Shown here: one piece after another, positions 1 through 9,071 of the stretch | How the letters are laid out: each line of letters opens with the position of its first letter | Numbering within the stretch: position 1 is the stretch's first letter | Source of the DNA: an uncultured Ignavibacteria bacterium | GTDB taxonomy: Bacteria; Zixibacteria; MSB-5A5; DSPP01 | Assembly (NCBI GenBank): GCA_964607165.1 | Contig: CAZSIT010000002.1 | Coordinates: 46,063-110,062 of the forward strand | DNA: 64,000 nt | Direction: 5' to 3' | Translations under genes and position numbers: made by a program | The notes under the pieces: model-generated | What the model was told of the DNA's origin: nothing | Database searches by the model: none | Seen by the model: only the letters and a program-made list of their open reading frames with translations

Positions 1-164
1 CCTTCGACTCCGCTCAGGGTAAAAGGCCCCCGGCCAAACCCGTTAGGCATGATTTTACGTATAACCGACAACTGTGCGGGATACAAAGACCATCCCGCAC
101 TACGAAAATATTTTTTCACCGTAGTGCAGGTTGGTTTTAGTAACCTGCACGCATCTTCCCCGAA

Positions 165-1244
165 CTAATAATACCGAAGGATTTCGTACAACGTAGTGCG
201 CTGGGCGGGGCGGAAGCCGGCTTCTTTAATCAGCGTGACTACTTCATCGACGGTGATTTGATTGACGAAACCGGTCGCTTCGTGGACGTGCTCTTCAAAA
301 AGCGTTCCACCGAAGTCATCGGCGCCGAAATGCAGGGCCACCTGACCGGCTTTTTTCCCCTCCGAAAACCAGGAGGCCTGAATATGGTCGAAATTGTCAA
401 GATACAGGCGGGAAATAGCGAGCATTCTCAAATAGGCGTTGGCGCCGGCGTAAAAAGGAATATGCTTTTCCAGCTTGGTGTTCCCCGGCTTGAAACTCCA
501 GGGGATGAAAGCGGTAAAACCGCCGGTATCGTCTTGAAGCGAACGGATGGAATCGAGGTGGGTGATTACATCTTCCGGCGTTTCGATATGCCCGTACATC
601 ATCGTGGCGGTGGAACGGAACCCCAGCTCGTGCGCCTCGCGATGCACCTCCAGCCATTTATTGGAAACTCCTTTTTCACGCGAGAATTTCCGGCGCACCC
701 GGTCGGAAAGCATCTCCGCCCCGCCGCCGGGAAGCGTATACAGCCCGGCTTCTTTCAGCCGGGCCAAAACTTCGCGGGTGGAAAGGCCGGAAACCTCCGC
801 CATCCCCCAGATTTCGGGAGCGGAGAAAAAGTGGGGGGTCAGTTGAGGAAAAAGTTGGCGGGTCTTTTTCACCAGCCCGGTGTAGTATTCCAATGGCAGG
901 TCGGGATGAACGCCCCCCTGCAGCAAAACGGTGGTGGCCCCCTGCTCTACCGACCATCTGATTTTTTTCAAAACTTCGTCGTGATCGAGCGTGTAGGCAT
1001 CCGGCGCATCGGCGTGGCGGTAAAACGCGCAAAAGACGCAGTCATAGGTACAGACGTTGGTGTAGTTCGGGTTGCTATCTACTACGAAGGTGACGACATC
1101 ATCCGGCATCCGCTTGGTTTTCTGTTCCGCCGCCAGTTCTCCGAGTTCCAAGATTGGACCTTCTTTGTAAAGGAAAACTCCCTCGTCGAAGGTAAGCCGC
1201 TCGCCGGCACCGATTTTGTCTTTCAGATAATTAAACGACAGCAC
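165..1244 (-). CDS. radical SAM enzyme, MqnC/MqnE family (futalosine-route menaquinone biosynthesis)
   Basis: 359 aa; CxxxCxxC cluster 'CTYDCVFC'; 'LPGGGAEMLSD' motif typical of MqnC/MqnE/CofH-type radical SAM enzymes; GTG start preceded by GGAGGAGG; paralog of ORF 2004..3140; overlaps upstream mqnA-like gene by 14 nt. Confidence 0.75.
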   Translation of the reverse strand: MLSFNYLKDKIGAGERLTFDEGVFLYKEGPILELGELAAEQKTKRMPDDVVTFVVDSNPNYTNVCTYDCVFCAFYRHADAPDAYTLDHDEVLKKIRWSVEQGATTVLLQGGVHPDLPLEYYTGLVKKTRQLFPQLTPHFFSAPEIWGMAEVSGLSTREVLARLKEAGLYTLPGGGAEMLSDRVRRKFSREKGVSNKWLEVHREAHELGFRSTATMMYGHIETPEDVITHLDSIRSLQDDTGGFTAFIPWSFKPGNTKLEKHIPFYAGANAYLRMLAISRLYLDNFDHIQASWFSEGKKAGQVALHFGADDFGGTLFEEHVHEATGFVNQITVDEVVTLIKEAGFRPAQRTTLYEILRYY

Positions 1245-2007
1245 CAGCCTCCTCCAGCATTTTAGCTTTAATCAAAGCCGAGCGGAAATACTCCAACCCC
1301 CTTTTCTCCTCCGGCCCGAGACGGTAGGTAATCCCCTTCAGGTAGACGACCCGTTCTTCCAAATTTCCCAGCTCTTCCGAGGCGGAAGCGGCCACGCTTT
1401 CCAGATTAGCCAAGCTTTTTTCCAGCGAACGGTCCAACTGAATTTTGATTCGCTCCAAGATCGCGGGCGGAAGGGTTTTACGAAAAGCCCAGACCGCGAA
1501 AACAAACGGCAGGCCGGTCCAGAGGTGCCAGATTTCGGACAAATCGTACTGGTAACGAAAATCCTCTTGACACTTTTTCTTTTTCTCAAGGGCTTGATTT
1601 CCTATCAAAAGCAACCCCTCCGTTTTGGGCGTTGATTCCGGCACGTAGCGGATGCCGCTCTGTTTTTCTTTGGTCTCCAGAATCAACCGGAGCAAGCAGA
1701 AGGAAGTGGCGGTCTGGTCGGAAACGGCGATTACTTTTCCGTTCAAGTCCCAGAGCGGATGGTCGGAGAAAAGCAGGATGCTTTTGACCGGCCCGCGGGC
1801 AGTAATGCCCAAATCGAGGGCCACAAAGTCATCCTCTACGGTGAAATAATCGTAAAGTGAAAGCAGCCCACCATCAATTTTGCCCTGCCGGGCCAGTTCC
1901 CCCAGTTGTTTGGGATAGAGCTCCATCCAGTCGAAAGGGGCGTTTTCCCATCCATGGTGAAACGGAACGGCGTTCAGATATGGAATTTTACCGATTACGG
2001 TTTTCAT
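1231..2007 (-). CDS. MqnA-like chorismate dehydratase (futalosine pathway) / periplasmic-binding-fold Mqn protein
   Basis: 258 aa; N-terminal 'KIPYLNAVPF' motif characteristic of MqnA/MqnD family; ATGA start/stop overlap with next gene; sits between two MqnC/E paralogs. Confidence 0.6.
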   Translation of the reverse strand: MKTVIGKIPYLNAVPFHHGWENAPFDWMELYPKQLGELARQGKIDGGLLSLYDYFTVEDDFVALDLGITARGPVKSILLFSDHPLWDLNGKVIAVSDQTATSFCLLRLILETKEKQSGIRYVPESTPKTEGLLLIGNQALEKKKKCQEDFRYQYDLSEIWHLWTGLPFVFAVWAFRKTLPPAILERIKIQLDRSLEKSLANLESVAASASEELGNLEERVVYLKGITYRLGPEEKRGLEYFRSALIKAKMLEEAGAVV

Positions 2008-3140
2008 ACCGACTGTGGTGTTAGCTTTTCGGAAGGAACACGACCATTCTCATACACTTTCAGGATATTATAGCAGGCGTCCCGTTCCACCGGCACTCGA
2101 CCCGCTTCGCGTATCATCGCAATCAAACGGTCACGGGTTAAACCAACCGGGCTTTCCGCCAGCGCAAAATGCGCGATCTTTTCTTCGCCGATAGTGCCAT
2201 CGACATCATCCCCGCCAAAGTTCAGCCCAACCGAAGCGGTATGTTCTCCCAGCATCACCCAGTAGGATTTGATATGCGGGAAGTTGTCCAAGACCAGACG
2301 GCTGGTCGCCAGCGTGCGTAAATCGTCGATGGCGGAGGTAAAGCGGCTGGTGATGCCGGTATTCCCCGGTTGAAAAGCGAGCGGGATAAAAGTCAAAAAA
2401 CCACCGGAGCGCTCCTGCTGGGCACGCAGCTTGAGCAGGTGGTCCACCCGCTCTTCCAAAGTTTCGATATGGCCGTACAAAAGCGTGGCGTTTGACTTCA
2501 ACCCCAAACGATGCGCCGTATCGTGAATTTCCAGCCAGCGCTCTTCGCCGATTTTTTTGTCGAAAAGCTCTTTTTTTACCCGTTTCGAAAAAACCTCCGC
2601 CCCGCCGCCGGGGAGCGTGACCAGCCCGTGCTCCATCAGCTCTTTCAGAACGCCTTCGATGGAGAGCTTGGCGCGCTTGGCGAAAAAGTCGATTTCCACC
2701 GCCGTAAAAGCTTTTATTTGAGCGTTTGGAAAACGCTTTTGAATTTCAGTGAGCAGTTCCAAGCTGTGGTCCAAATCCCAATCCGGCCAGAGCCCGCCGA
2801 CGATGTGTACCTCGTGCAGTTCTTCATTGAGACTCCCCAGCGCCTCTTCGGTAGTCATATTGTAAGCATGGGCGTCGCCCGGTTTGGCGGCAAAATCGCA
2901 GAATTTGCAATCCAAAACGCAGAGGTTGGTGGGATTCAGCTGGGCGTTTAAAACGAAATAGACGAAGTTGCCGGATTTTTTTTCTTTAGCCCAGTTGGCC
3001 ATTTTCCCCAGCGAAAGGATATCCGGAGTCATTAGGCAGGCCAGCCCGTCTTCCATCTCCAGGTGTTTCCCTGAAATCACTTTTTCCCAGACCGGTTCCA
3101 GCTTATTGTCTTTGAATCTTATATCCGGTATTCGTTCCAT
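2004..3140 (-). CDS. radical SAM enzyme, MqnC/MqnE family (second paralog)
   Basis: 378 aa; 'CVLDCKFC' CxxxCxxC motif; 'LPGGGAEVFS' motif; clear paralog of 165..1244. Confidence 0.75.
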   Translation of the reverse strand: MERIPDIRFKDNKLEPVWEKVISGKHLEMEDGLACLMTPDILSLGKMANWAKEKKSGNFVYFVLNAQLNPTNLCVLDCKFCDFAAKPGDAHAYNMTTEEALGSLNEELHEVHIVGGLWPDWDLDHSLELLTEIQKRFPNAQIKAFTAVEIDFFAKRAKLSIEGVLKELMEHGLVTLPGGGAEVFSKRVKKELFDKKIGEERWLEIHDTAHRLGLKSNATLLYGHIETLEERVDHLLKLRAQQERSGGFLTFIPLAFQPGNTGITSRFTSAIDDLRTLATSRLVLDNFPHIKSYWVMLGEHTASVGLNFGGDDVDGTIGEEKIAHFALAESPVGLTRDRLIAMIREAGRVPVERDACYNILKVYENGRVPSEKLTPQSV

Positions 3141-4870
3141 CGGGCATCCACTTTTTTAATTATTTCTGCATCCATTTCGATTGGGGAAGGATAACCGCTT
3201 TTGAAAGTGGCGTCAATACCCAAAATACCCCGGTAAACAGGTGCCGCGCCGATCAATTTAACGGAAGTAAAAACGAGGTCGCGGGCGCAGTCGAATCGGG
3301 TGAAAATTCCCCAGAGCAGGTTCTCCTCGTCCTGTAAGTTCACATCCGGGCTGACGGCTGCGGCCATTTTCACTGGCGCACTAATTTTTTGCACCAGGTT
3401 TTCAACCAGTCTCCGTCCATCATTTTTGGTTTTGACCACAAGCAGACAATTTTCCAACAAAACAAAGTCATCCACCCCCGGTTCGTTTTTCAGCCAGTCG
3501 AGATTGGCTTTTTCTAAGGAAGGAACTGAACCGGTCTTGCGGGTGGCATCCAAAATCATTTTGCTGCCCAAGTTCATTTTGAAGCTGGTGAAATCGAGGG
3601 TATCCAAAGGCACGCCGGGCAAAAGCAAAAAATCCTCCGCTGGGTCGAAGTGGACGGTGATTTCCCGCAAGACGGCGCGGAAATTTTTTACGTCAATTCC
3701 ATCAGACACCAAAACAGCAACCTTCGTTAATCCAAGTTGCCCCTGCCCCAAAAGTGAAAGAGCCGTTTTTACAGCTTCCTTGGCAAAGCGGTTGACCACG
3801 CCGACAACCAAAAGATTGTGAAATCCGGCCTGATAGTAGCTCCACATATCCGAAATTTCCGGATGCATCACTTTTATCAACGGCCCCAAAATTTCCTGAA
3901 CCGCATCCCCCATCCAGCGGTCTTCCTGCGGCGGCTTGCCGACGACCGAGGCGGTGAAGATGGCATCTTTCCTTCGAGTGATTTTTTGGCAATGAAAAAC
4001 AGGAAAGGGTGCCGGATGGGAATAATGCCCAAAATGGTCGCCGAAGGGCCCTTCATCTTTTCGTTCCTGCGGCGGACAAATGCCTTCCAAAATCATTTCC
4101 GCTTCCGCCGGAATTTCTAAATTCAAAGTTTTCGCCCTCACCATCCGGGTTGGTTTTTGCCTCAAAAATCCTGCCAAGCGCACTTCATCGATTCCTTCCG
4201 GCAAGGGTGCTAGGGCGGCCAGAATCAAAGCCGGGTCGGCGCCGCAAACCACCGCCACTTCTTGCGGAACTCCGGCCTGCTCGCACTCGAAGAAGTGAAA
4301 CCCACCCCCTTTTTGAATCTGGTAATGCATTCCGGTCGTAGTGGAAGAATAAACCTGCATCCGGTAGATGCCAACGTTGCGCACCGCTGTTTTCGGGCTT
4401 TGCGTAAAAATCAGCCCCAAAGTGCCGAATCGCCCGCCATCCTTGGGCCAGCAGAAAAGAAAAGGGAGCTTGTCCAGATTTGGCTCTTCCACGATTTCCT
4501 GCACCGGCGCAAAAGAAGTTTTCTTCGTTCCGGTTTTCAGAAACCGTTTGATTGTAGGTCGGTTTTCAAAAAGTTTTTTGAAGGAAAAAGCGGGTAAATC
4601 CTGGGCCAATTTAACCAAGGAAGCTCCCAGCTCGGCGGGAGCGGTTCCCAGCGCCCATTCTATTCTTCTTTTGGCTCCGAGGATGTTCACCGCCAAAGGA
4701 AACGGGGAACCCTTGACATTCTCAAAGAGCAAGGCCGGCCCCTCCCCCTTCACCACCCGGGTGACGATTTCGGTGATTTCGAGATACGGGTCAACTTCCA
4801 CTTTGACGCGCCGCAAGTCCCCTTTTGTTTCCAAAAAGGAAAGAAACTGCCGCAGGGAGGTAAAGCTCAA
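3119..4870 (-). CDS. UbiD-family (prenylated-FMN dependent) decarboxylase, probably menaquinone late-step (MqnL-like)
   Basis: 583 aa; UbiD-like sequence throughout; operonic (overlapping stops/starts) with UbiX- and UbiA-like genes and Mqn genes. Confidence 0.75.
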   Translation of the reverse strand: MSFTSLRQFLSFLETKGDLRRVKVEVDPYLEITEIVTRVVKGEGPALLFENVKGSPFPLAVNILGAKRRIEWALGTAPAELGASLVKLAQDLPAFSFKKLFENRPTIKRFLKTGTKKTSFAPVQEIVEEPNLDKLPFLFCWPKDGGRFGTLGLIFTQSPKTAVRNVGIYRMQVYSSTTTGMHYQIQKGGGFHFFECEQAGVPQEVAVVCGADPALILAALAPLPEGIDEVRLAGFLRQKPTRMVRAKTLNLEIPAEAEMILEGICPPQERKDEGPFGDHFGHYSHPAPFPVFHCQKITRRKDAIFTASVVGKPPQEDRWMGDAVQEILGPLIKVMHPEISDMWSYYQAGFHNLLVVGVVNRFAKEAVKTALSLLGQGQLGLTKVAVLVSDGIDVKNFRAVLREITVHFDPAEDFLLLPGVPLDTLDFTSFKMNLGSKMILDATRKTGSVPSLEKANLDWLKNEPGVDDFVLLENCLLVVKTKNDGRRLVENLVQKISAPVKMAAAVSPDVNLQDEENLLWGIFTRFDCARDLVFTSVKLIGAAPVYRGILGIDATFKSGYPSPIEMDAEIIKKVDARWNEYRI

Positions 4871-5415
4871 AGCTCTTCTTCTCTCCAGCCGCCCGGAATT
4901 TCCACCCCCATCAACCGCAAAATCTTGTTGGAAAAATCGCGGTAATTATCCTCCAGCGTTTTGGGCTGGGTATAAAACGGAGGCGAAATCGGCATTATGA
5001 TTACCCCTTCGTGCGAAAGTTTGAGCGCATTTTCCAGGGCAATCGAAGAAAGCGGCGTTTCGCGCAAGGCCAGAATGATTCGGCGTCTTTCCTTTAACGC
5101 CACTTCGGCAATCCGGGTGATTAAGGTATCCGCAATTCCGGCGGCGATTTTCGCCATAGTGGAAACGGAACAAGGGTTGACCACAAACCAATCGAAAGGA
5201 TTGGAGCCGGAAGAAAAAGGAGCCGCCAGTTCTTTGTTGGAAAAAATCTTGGCGCAATGCCCGGCCAAATCTTCCAGAGTAAGCCCCGCTTCCATTTTCA
5301 AAACCGCCTTGCCCCAATCCGAAATTACCAGATATTTTTCTCCCGGGCAGCGTTTGAGGAACTCGACGCCGTAGATGATGCCGGAAGCACCGGTCATAGC
5401 GATAACGGTTCTCAA
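4867..5415 (-). CDS. UbiX-family flavin prenyltransferase (prFMN synthase; MqnM-like)
   Basis: 182 aa; 'VIAMTGASG' N-terminal flavoprotein motif; ATGA overlap with UbiD-like gene. Confidence 0.8.
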   Translation of the reverse strand: MRTVIAMTGASGIIYGVEFLKRCPGEKYLVISDWGKAVLKMEAGLTLEDLAGHCAKIFSNKELAAPFSSGSNPFDWFVVNPCSVSTMAKIAAGIADTLITRIAEVALKERRRIILALRETPLSSIALENALKLSHEGVIIMPISPPFYTQPKTLEDNYRDFSNKILRLMGVEIPGGWREEEL

Positions 5416-6257
5416 AATTCAACCTTTCCAAAGACCACCACTCCCAAAACCACAAACCCAACGGCGGCGTTAATTTTGAAGAATGCCAGCTCAATGTTTT
5501 CCACCGCCAGATGCTGCCAGATAAGCAGCGCGCCGACACCGGCCAAGAGAACCCCTGACCAGGTGTTGGGAAATTGCCACATTATCAAAGCTGCCAGTGA
5601 AGCAAAAGCCAGAACGTGAATCAAGCTCGAGGCCAAAAGCGCTTTTGCCTTTCCCAGCGCCACCACCAGCGAATGCAAATTCAGCTTTCGGTCAAATTCT
5701 TCGTCTCCAGCGGCGTAAATGATGTCAAAACCGGAGACCCAGAAAAAAGAGAACAGGCCGAGCAAAATGGCGGGAGCACAGCCGGAAAAACTGCCCGAAA
5801 CTGCCATCCAACCCCCCAGAGGAGCACAGGCGGAAGCGGCCCCCAGCCCAAAGTGGGCCAGCGGGGTGAACCGCTTCATATAGGGATAGGCCACAAAAAT
5901 GGCCAAAGGAAAAGGCGAGAGAATCAAGCACCAGGTATTGAGCATTGCCGCCGCCAGAACGTAAACCGCAGCGCTGACCAAAGTAAAAACCCAGGCCTCG
6001 GTGATTTTAACTTTGCCCGCCGGAATCTCGCGGCTTGCCGTGCGGGGGTTTAGAGCGTCAATCTTGGCATCGATGATTCGGTTCAGGGCAAAGGCGGTCG
6101 AGCGCGCTCCGGCGGCGGCCAACAGGATGAGCATACCTTCTTTAAGCGTTATAGAAAATCCTTTAGCCAAAAAAGCGCCGGCATAGACCATTGGCAAAGA
6201 GAAAAGCGTATGCTCCAACTTCACCAAACGGGCGTACTTCGAAAACATAGCCGCCAA
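5412..6257 (-). CDS. UbiA-family polyprenyltransferase (MqnP/MenA-like)
   Basis: 281 aa polytopic membrane protein with UbiA-type Asp-rich region 'DIIYAAGDEEFD'; start is either TTG 6257 or ATG 6248 (no strong RBS for either). Confidence 0.7.
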   Translation of the reverse strand: MAAMFSKYARLVKLEHTLFSLPMVYAGAFLAKGFSITLKEGMLILLAAAGARSTAFALNRIIDAKIDALNPRTASREIPAGKVKITEAWVFTLVSAAVYVLAAAMLNTWCLILSPFPLAIFVAYPYMKRFTPLAHFGLGAASACAPLGGWMAVSGSFSGCAPAILLGLFSFFWVSGFDIIYAAGDEEFDRKLNLHSLVVALGKAKALLASSLIHVLAFASLAALIMWQFPNTWSGVLLAGVGALLIWQHLAVENIELAFFKINAAVGFVVLGVVVFGKVEF

Positions 6258-6361
6258 AAAAGAGGCTTTGATGGGTTAGGTCAAGCCCCCTTATATAACT
6301 CTATGGTTTAAACCTATGAGTCAAAGGCAAAGAGTACAAAAAAAGTTCCTGCTGACGGAGA

Positions 6362-6394
6362 CAAAAAACCAAAGGGCGGGTTTGCACCCGCCCC
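6362..6394 (-). terminator. Rho-independent terminator after dockerin-like gene B1
   Basis: GGGCGGG-tttgca-CCCGCCC stem-loop; on minus strand followed by TTTGGTTTTTTGT. Confidence 0.7.
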
Positions 6395-6416
6395 TTGATT
6401 CGTCTTACTAATGGGG

Positions 6417-6893
6417 CTATGGTCCGCACCAGGGAGGAGCATTTAACCCCAAATAGGTCTTGTTCAGTTCCAAGACCACATCCGCGCTGGTCAAAATCCC
6501 ATCGCAGTTGACATCCGAAAAACAGGCGTCGCAGCTACCAAGTCCCAAATAAGTGCAGTTAAGCAGCAACACCACATCGGCGCTGGTGTAAATATCATCA
6601 AAGTTCATATCTCCTTTAAGCGCAGCACAGGTGGCCTGCCAAAAGCCGATGCCCAGGTTCAGGCCGCCGCCGCTTCCCGCTCCCGACACCGACTGGCCAA
6701 CCGTGTAGCCCAGTTTAAGCGGGCCGCCCGAGCCAAAGCTCGCGCCTCCGCCGTTGATGGAAATCCATTTGAGTTGTGGCAGGGCAAAAGCGGCTCCCGC
6801 CAGCCATACGGTCAGGAAAGCTACAAGAAGCGCAAAAAGGAACAGATGCTTCTTTCTACTTCCTATCAAAGTGGGAACACATTTAGTTGTCAT
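6417..6893 (-). CDS. small secreted protein B1: signal peptide, Gly-rich region, C-terminal Cys-containing dockerin-like double repeat
   Basis: 158 aa; hydrophobic N-terminus; 'DMNFDDIYTSADVVLLLNCTYLG' and 'DVNCDGILTSADVVLELNKTYLG' each fit the dockerin Ca-loop DxNxDGxxxxxD followed by hydrophobic helix; AGGAGG RBS; start overlaps upstream gene by 11 nt. Confidence 0.7.
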   Translation of the reverse strand: MTTKCVPTLIGSRKKHLFLFALLVAFLTVWLAGAAFALPQLKWISINGGGASFGSGGPLKLGYTVGQSVSGAGSGGGLNLGIGFWQATCAALKGDMNFDDIYTSADVVLLLNCTYLGLGSCDACFSDVNCDGILTSADVVLELNKTYLGLNAPPWCGP

Positions 6894-8298
6894 CTCCTCC
6901 TCCTGCGTTCTGGCCTTGTTTAGTCGCCTCTTCCAGCTTTTTCAGGCGGGCCTCTATTTCGGCCCGCTCGGCCCGTATCTGGGCCAGTTCTTCATCAAGG
7001 CGGGCCTGATTGGCGGCGATAGAGGCAGCGCGCTCCGCTTCCACATTGAACGCTCCCGATACCTGGGCATCTTCATTCGGATGTTGCGGGCTGGGGAAGG
7101 CAAAACCTCCATACGCCGTCGGGAAATAAAGAACGGTGATCTTAGCCAATCCAGCCGTTACTGCCCCGTTAAAAGGGACCTGGGACATAAGCAGAGTATA
7201 GGTAAAGGGACCCGCTGCCGGTATGGGCCGCGTGATTATTCTCACTTGGGTCTGGTCCGAAAACCCATCGGCGTCACCGGCATCCCAGCTCCAGGTTGCC
7301 ATTATGGGACCATTTTCAGTCAGTGCGCACGGTAAGGCATTGTTGGGGGCAGCGAGAGCAACGGAAAACTGCGCCTCACAGATTATTACGGCAAAGCCGG
7401 CCGCCGGGGCCACCAGCGTGATGCCAGCAAAAACTGGCCCAAATCCGCCTGGGACGGGAACACCTAACGGTCCAGCCGGACTGGCAACAAGCCCCGGTTC
7501 GTCAAACGATTCGATGGAAGAAATGGAACCTCCCGGAACCACCACGGCGCCGTTGCTGCTCGCATCGGCATCTATGCTGACGGTTACCGCATTGACGTCG
7601 TTTGTCATCGAAAGCAAAGAGCCGCCACCAGTCACCCCACCCTGCAAGCTGATTCCGGGGCTGCCGTTATCTTTTTTAAGCAGGAGGGTTCCTCCTGCAC
7701 CAATAACATCTCCGGCTAAGTCCACCGTTAAAACGTTACCGGCTGTATTATCCCTAAGCCAGATCTCTCCATAAAGCGTTCCACCCATCTCGACGTTCCG
7801 CTTTCCATCGGCACCAATGACATAAAGGTTGTTATTGGCTGCATCAGTCTTTATGGCTAGGGTTTCAGGAGCAAATGTGCTTCTGACCTCCAGACCGTTC
7901 GCCACGCGGCTATACGGTGCGCTGATTAACTGGGTGCGGGGACTTATGATGTTAAGATCCACTTCGACTTCCAAATAAACCGAGTCGTTGTTTATAAATA
8001 CATCTGTCGGTATGGGGTCAAGGATGGGGTCAACCGAACCCAATTGATGGGTAAACAAGCCGCCCGCATCGGGGGTAATGCTCTTGGTTTCATCCCAGAG
8101 AAGCCCTCCCGCCGCTGGCAGCGTGTAAAGACGGAAGATAAAAGTATGCGGCGAGCCACCCAGAGGATTGCCCAAAGCATCGGTCAGCTTCCCCTGAAAG
8201 TTGACCAGGTTGGGAACGGACGACACGTTCGCCGCCTGGGTGAATCCAACCAACAACGCAGCGGTCAAAACCACTGCCAAAAGAAAAATGCGTTTCAT
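6883..8298 (-). CDS. secreted Gly/Ala/Thr-rich protein A1 with conserved N-terminal 'NFQGKLTDxLGNPL' module and C-terminal coiled coil
   Basis: 471 aa; signal peptide; motif 'VNFQGKLTDALGNPL...FRLYTLPAAGG..LW' shared with A2 (9072..10478); C-terminal heptad-like 'LDEELAQIRAERAEIEARLKKLEE'; GGAGG RBS. Confidence 0.65.
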   Translation of the reverse strand: MKRIFLLAVVLTAALLVGFTQAANVSSVPNLVNFQGKLTDALGNPLGGSPHTFIFRLYTLPAAGGLLWDETKSITPDAGGLFTHQLGSVDPILDPIPTDVFINNDSVYLEVEVDLNIISPRTQLISAPYSRVANGLEVRSTFAPETLAIKTDAANNNLYVIGADGKRNVEMGGTLYGEIWLRDNTAGNVLTVDLAGDVIGAGGTLLLKKDNGSPGISLQGGVTGGGSLLSMTNDVNAVTVSIDADASSNGAVVVPGGSISSIESFDEPGLVASPAGPLGVPVPGGFGPVFAGITLVAPAAGFAVIICEAQFSVALAAPNNALPCALTENGPIMATWSWDAGDADGFSDQTQVRIITRPIPAAGPFTYTLLMSQVPFNGAVTAGLAKITVLYFPTAYGGFAFPSPQHPNEDAQVSGAFNVEAERAASIAANQARLDEELAQIRAERAEIEARLKKLEEATKQGQNAGGGDDN

Positions 8299-8530
8299 TG
8301 CTTATTCCTCCCGTTTTTTTGGGTTTTTTACTTGCTGTCCGCCTTTACGGCGGACAGCGTTTACGCTTGTGCCGTTAAATCAGAAGATTTGCTTTCCAGC
8401 GGTGCCTCCTTTCGTTGCCTGCCAATCCGAAAAAAGTCCTAAAAGCTATGTAACTACAAGTCACCCGGCAATCCCCCCACAGAACTGCCGTTTAAGAGCC
8501 ATATTCAAAATACCCCTTGGTCAGCCCTTA
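8299..8530 (-). promoter_or_regulatory. conserved ~230-nt leader/promoter region (copy 1) with perfect palindrome CTGTCCGCC-tttac-GGCGGACAG
   Basis: Near-identical to 10479..10715 over several blocks although downstream CDSs have diverged; palindrome at ~8337..8359. Confidence 0.55.
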
Positions 8531-8552
8531 GTCAAGCTTTTTCGGGGGCTGG

Positions 8553-8584
8553 AAAATAAAAAGGGGCGGGTTTTCACCCGCCCC
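8553..8584 (-). terminator. Rho-independent terminator after dockerin-like gene B2
   Basis: GGGGCGGG-ttttca-CCCGCCCC; minus strand followed by TTTTATTTTCC. Confidence 0.7.
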
Positions 8585-8606
8585 TTGGATGTTTTTGCGC
8601 TTGCCT

Positions 8607-9062
8607 TTACGGAGGTCCGCACCAGGGAGGAGCACTTAGCCCCAGAAAGGTCTTGTTCAGTTCCAAGACCACATCCGCACCGGTCAAAATATTGTCGCAG
8701 TTAACGTCGGCAAAGCAGACGTTGCAGTTGCCGAGTCCCAAAAAGGTGCAGTTAAGCAGCAACACCACGTCGGCGCCGGTGTAAATGGCGTCGTGGTTCA
8801 TATCCCCTTTACTGGAGCCGCAGGTTCCATACAAATATCCGGCATAGTTGTAGTAATTGGCGCTGTTTCCCACTCCAATCGGCGTGCTTTGAGCGGCGAT
8901 GGTCACCGGCTGCCGGCGGTTAGCCGAGCTCATCGCTCCCCCGGAGTTGGAAAAGGCCTGGCGCGGAATCTTATAGTTGGCGCTGGACATCTGGGCGGAG
9001 GTTTCTCCAGCTAACCAGCCGAACCCTAAAACTCCGCATAGAAAGATTAATACCTTTCGCAT
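8607..9062 (-). CDS. small secreted protein B2 (paralog of B1) with C-terminal Cys-containing dockerin-like double repeat
   Basis: 151 aa; 'DMNHDAIYTGADVVLLLNCTFLG...DVNCDNILTGADVVLELNKTFLG...PPWCGPP'; AGGAGG RBS 5 nt upstream of ATG. Confidence 0.7.
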   Translation of the reverse strand: MRKVLIFLCGVLGFGWLAGETSAQMSSANYKIPRQAFSNSGGAMSSANRRQPVTIAAQSTPIGVGNSANYYNYAGYLYGTCGSSKGDMNHDAIYTGADVVLLLNCTFLGLGNCNVCFADVNCDNILTGADVVLELNKTFLGLSAPPWCGPP

Positions 9063-9071
9063 TGTTTCCTC

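Noticed and set aside
258-1265. 335-aa plus-strand ORF antisense to the MqnC/E gene, with similar long antisense ORFs throughout (e.g. 2511..2951, 11838..12452, 28656..29321, 36103..36876, 56388..56753)
   Set aside because: They lie entirely within well-supported genes on the opposite strand, have Arg/Gly/Pro-rich low-complexity translations typical of high-GC antisense frames, and lack RBSs. Treated as spurious.
8440-8500. Possible sigma-54 (-24 GG / -12 GC) promoter in the conserved cassette leader, considered because a sigma-54 activator is encoded nearby
   Set aside because: Best candidate 'AGGCACCGCTGGAAAGCA' has GG-to-GC spacing 2 nt too long. No convincing -35/-10 pair was found either, so the promoter type is left unassigned.
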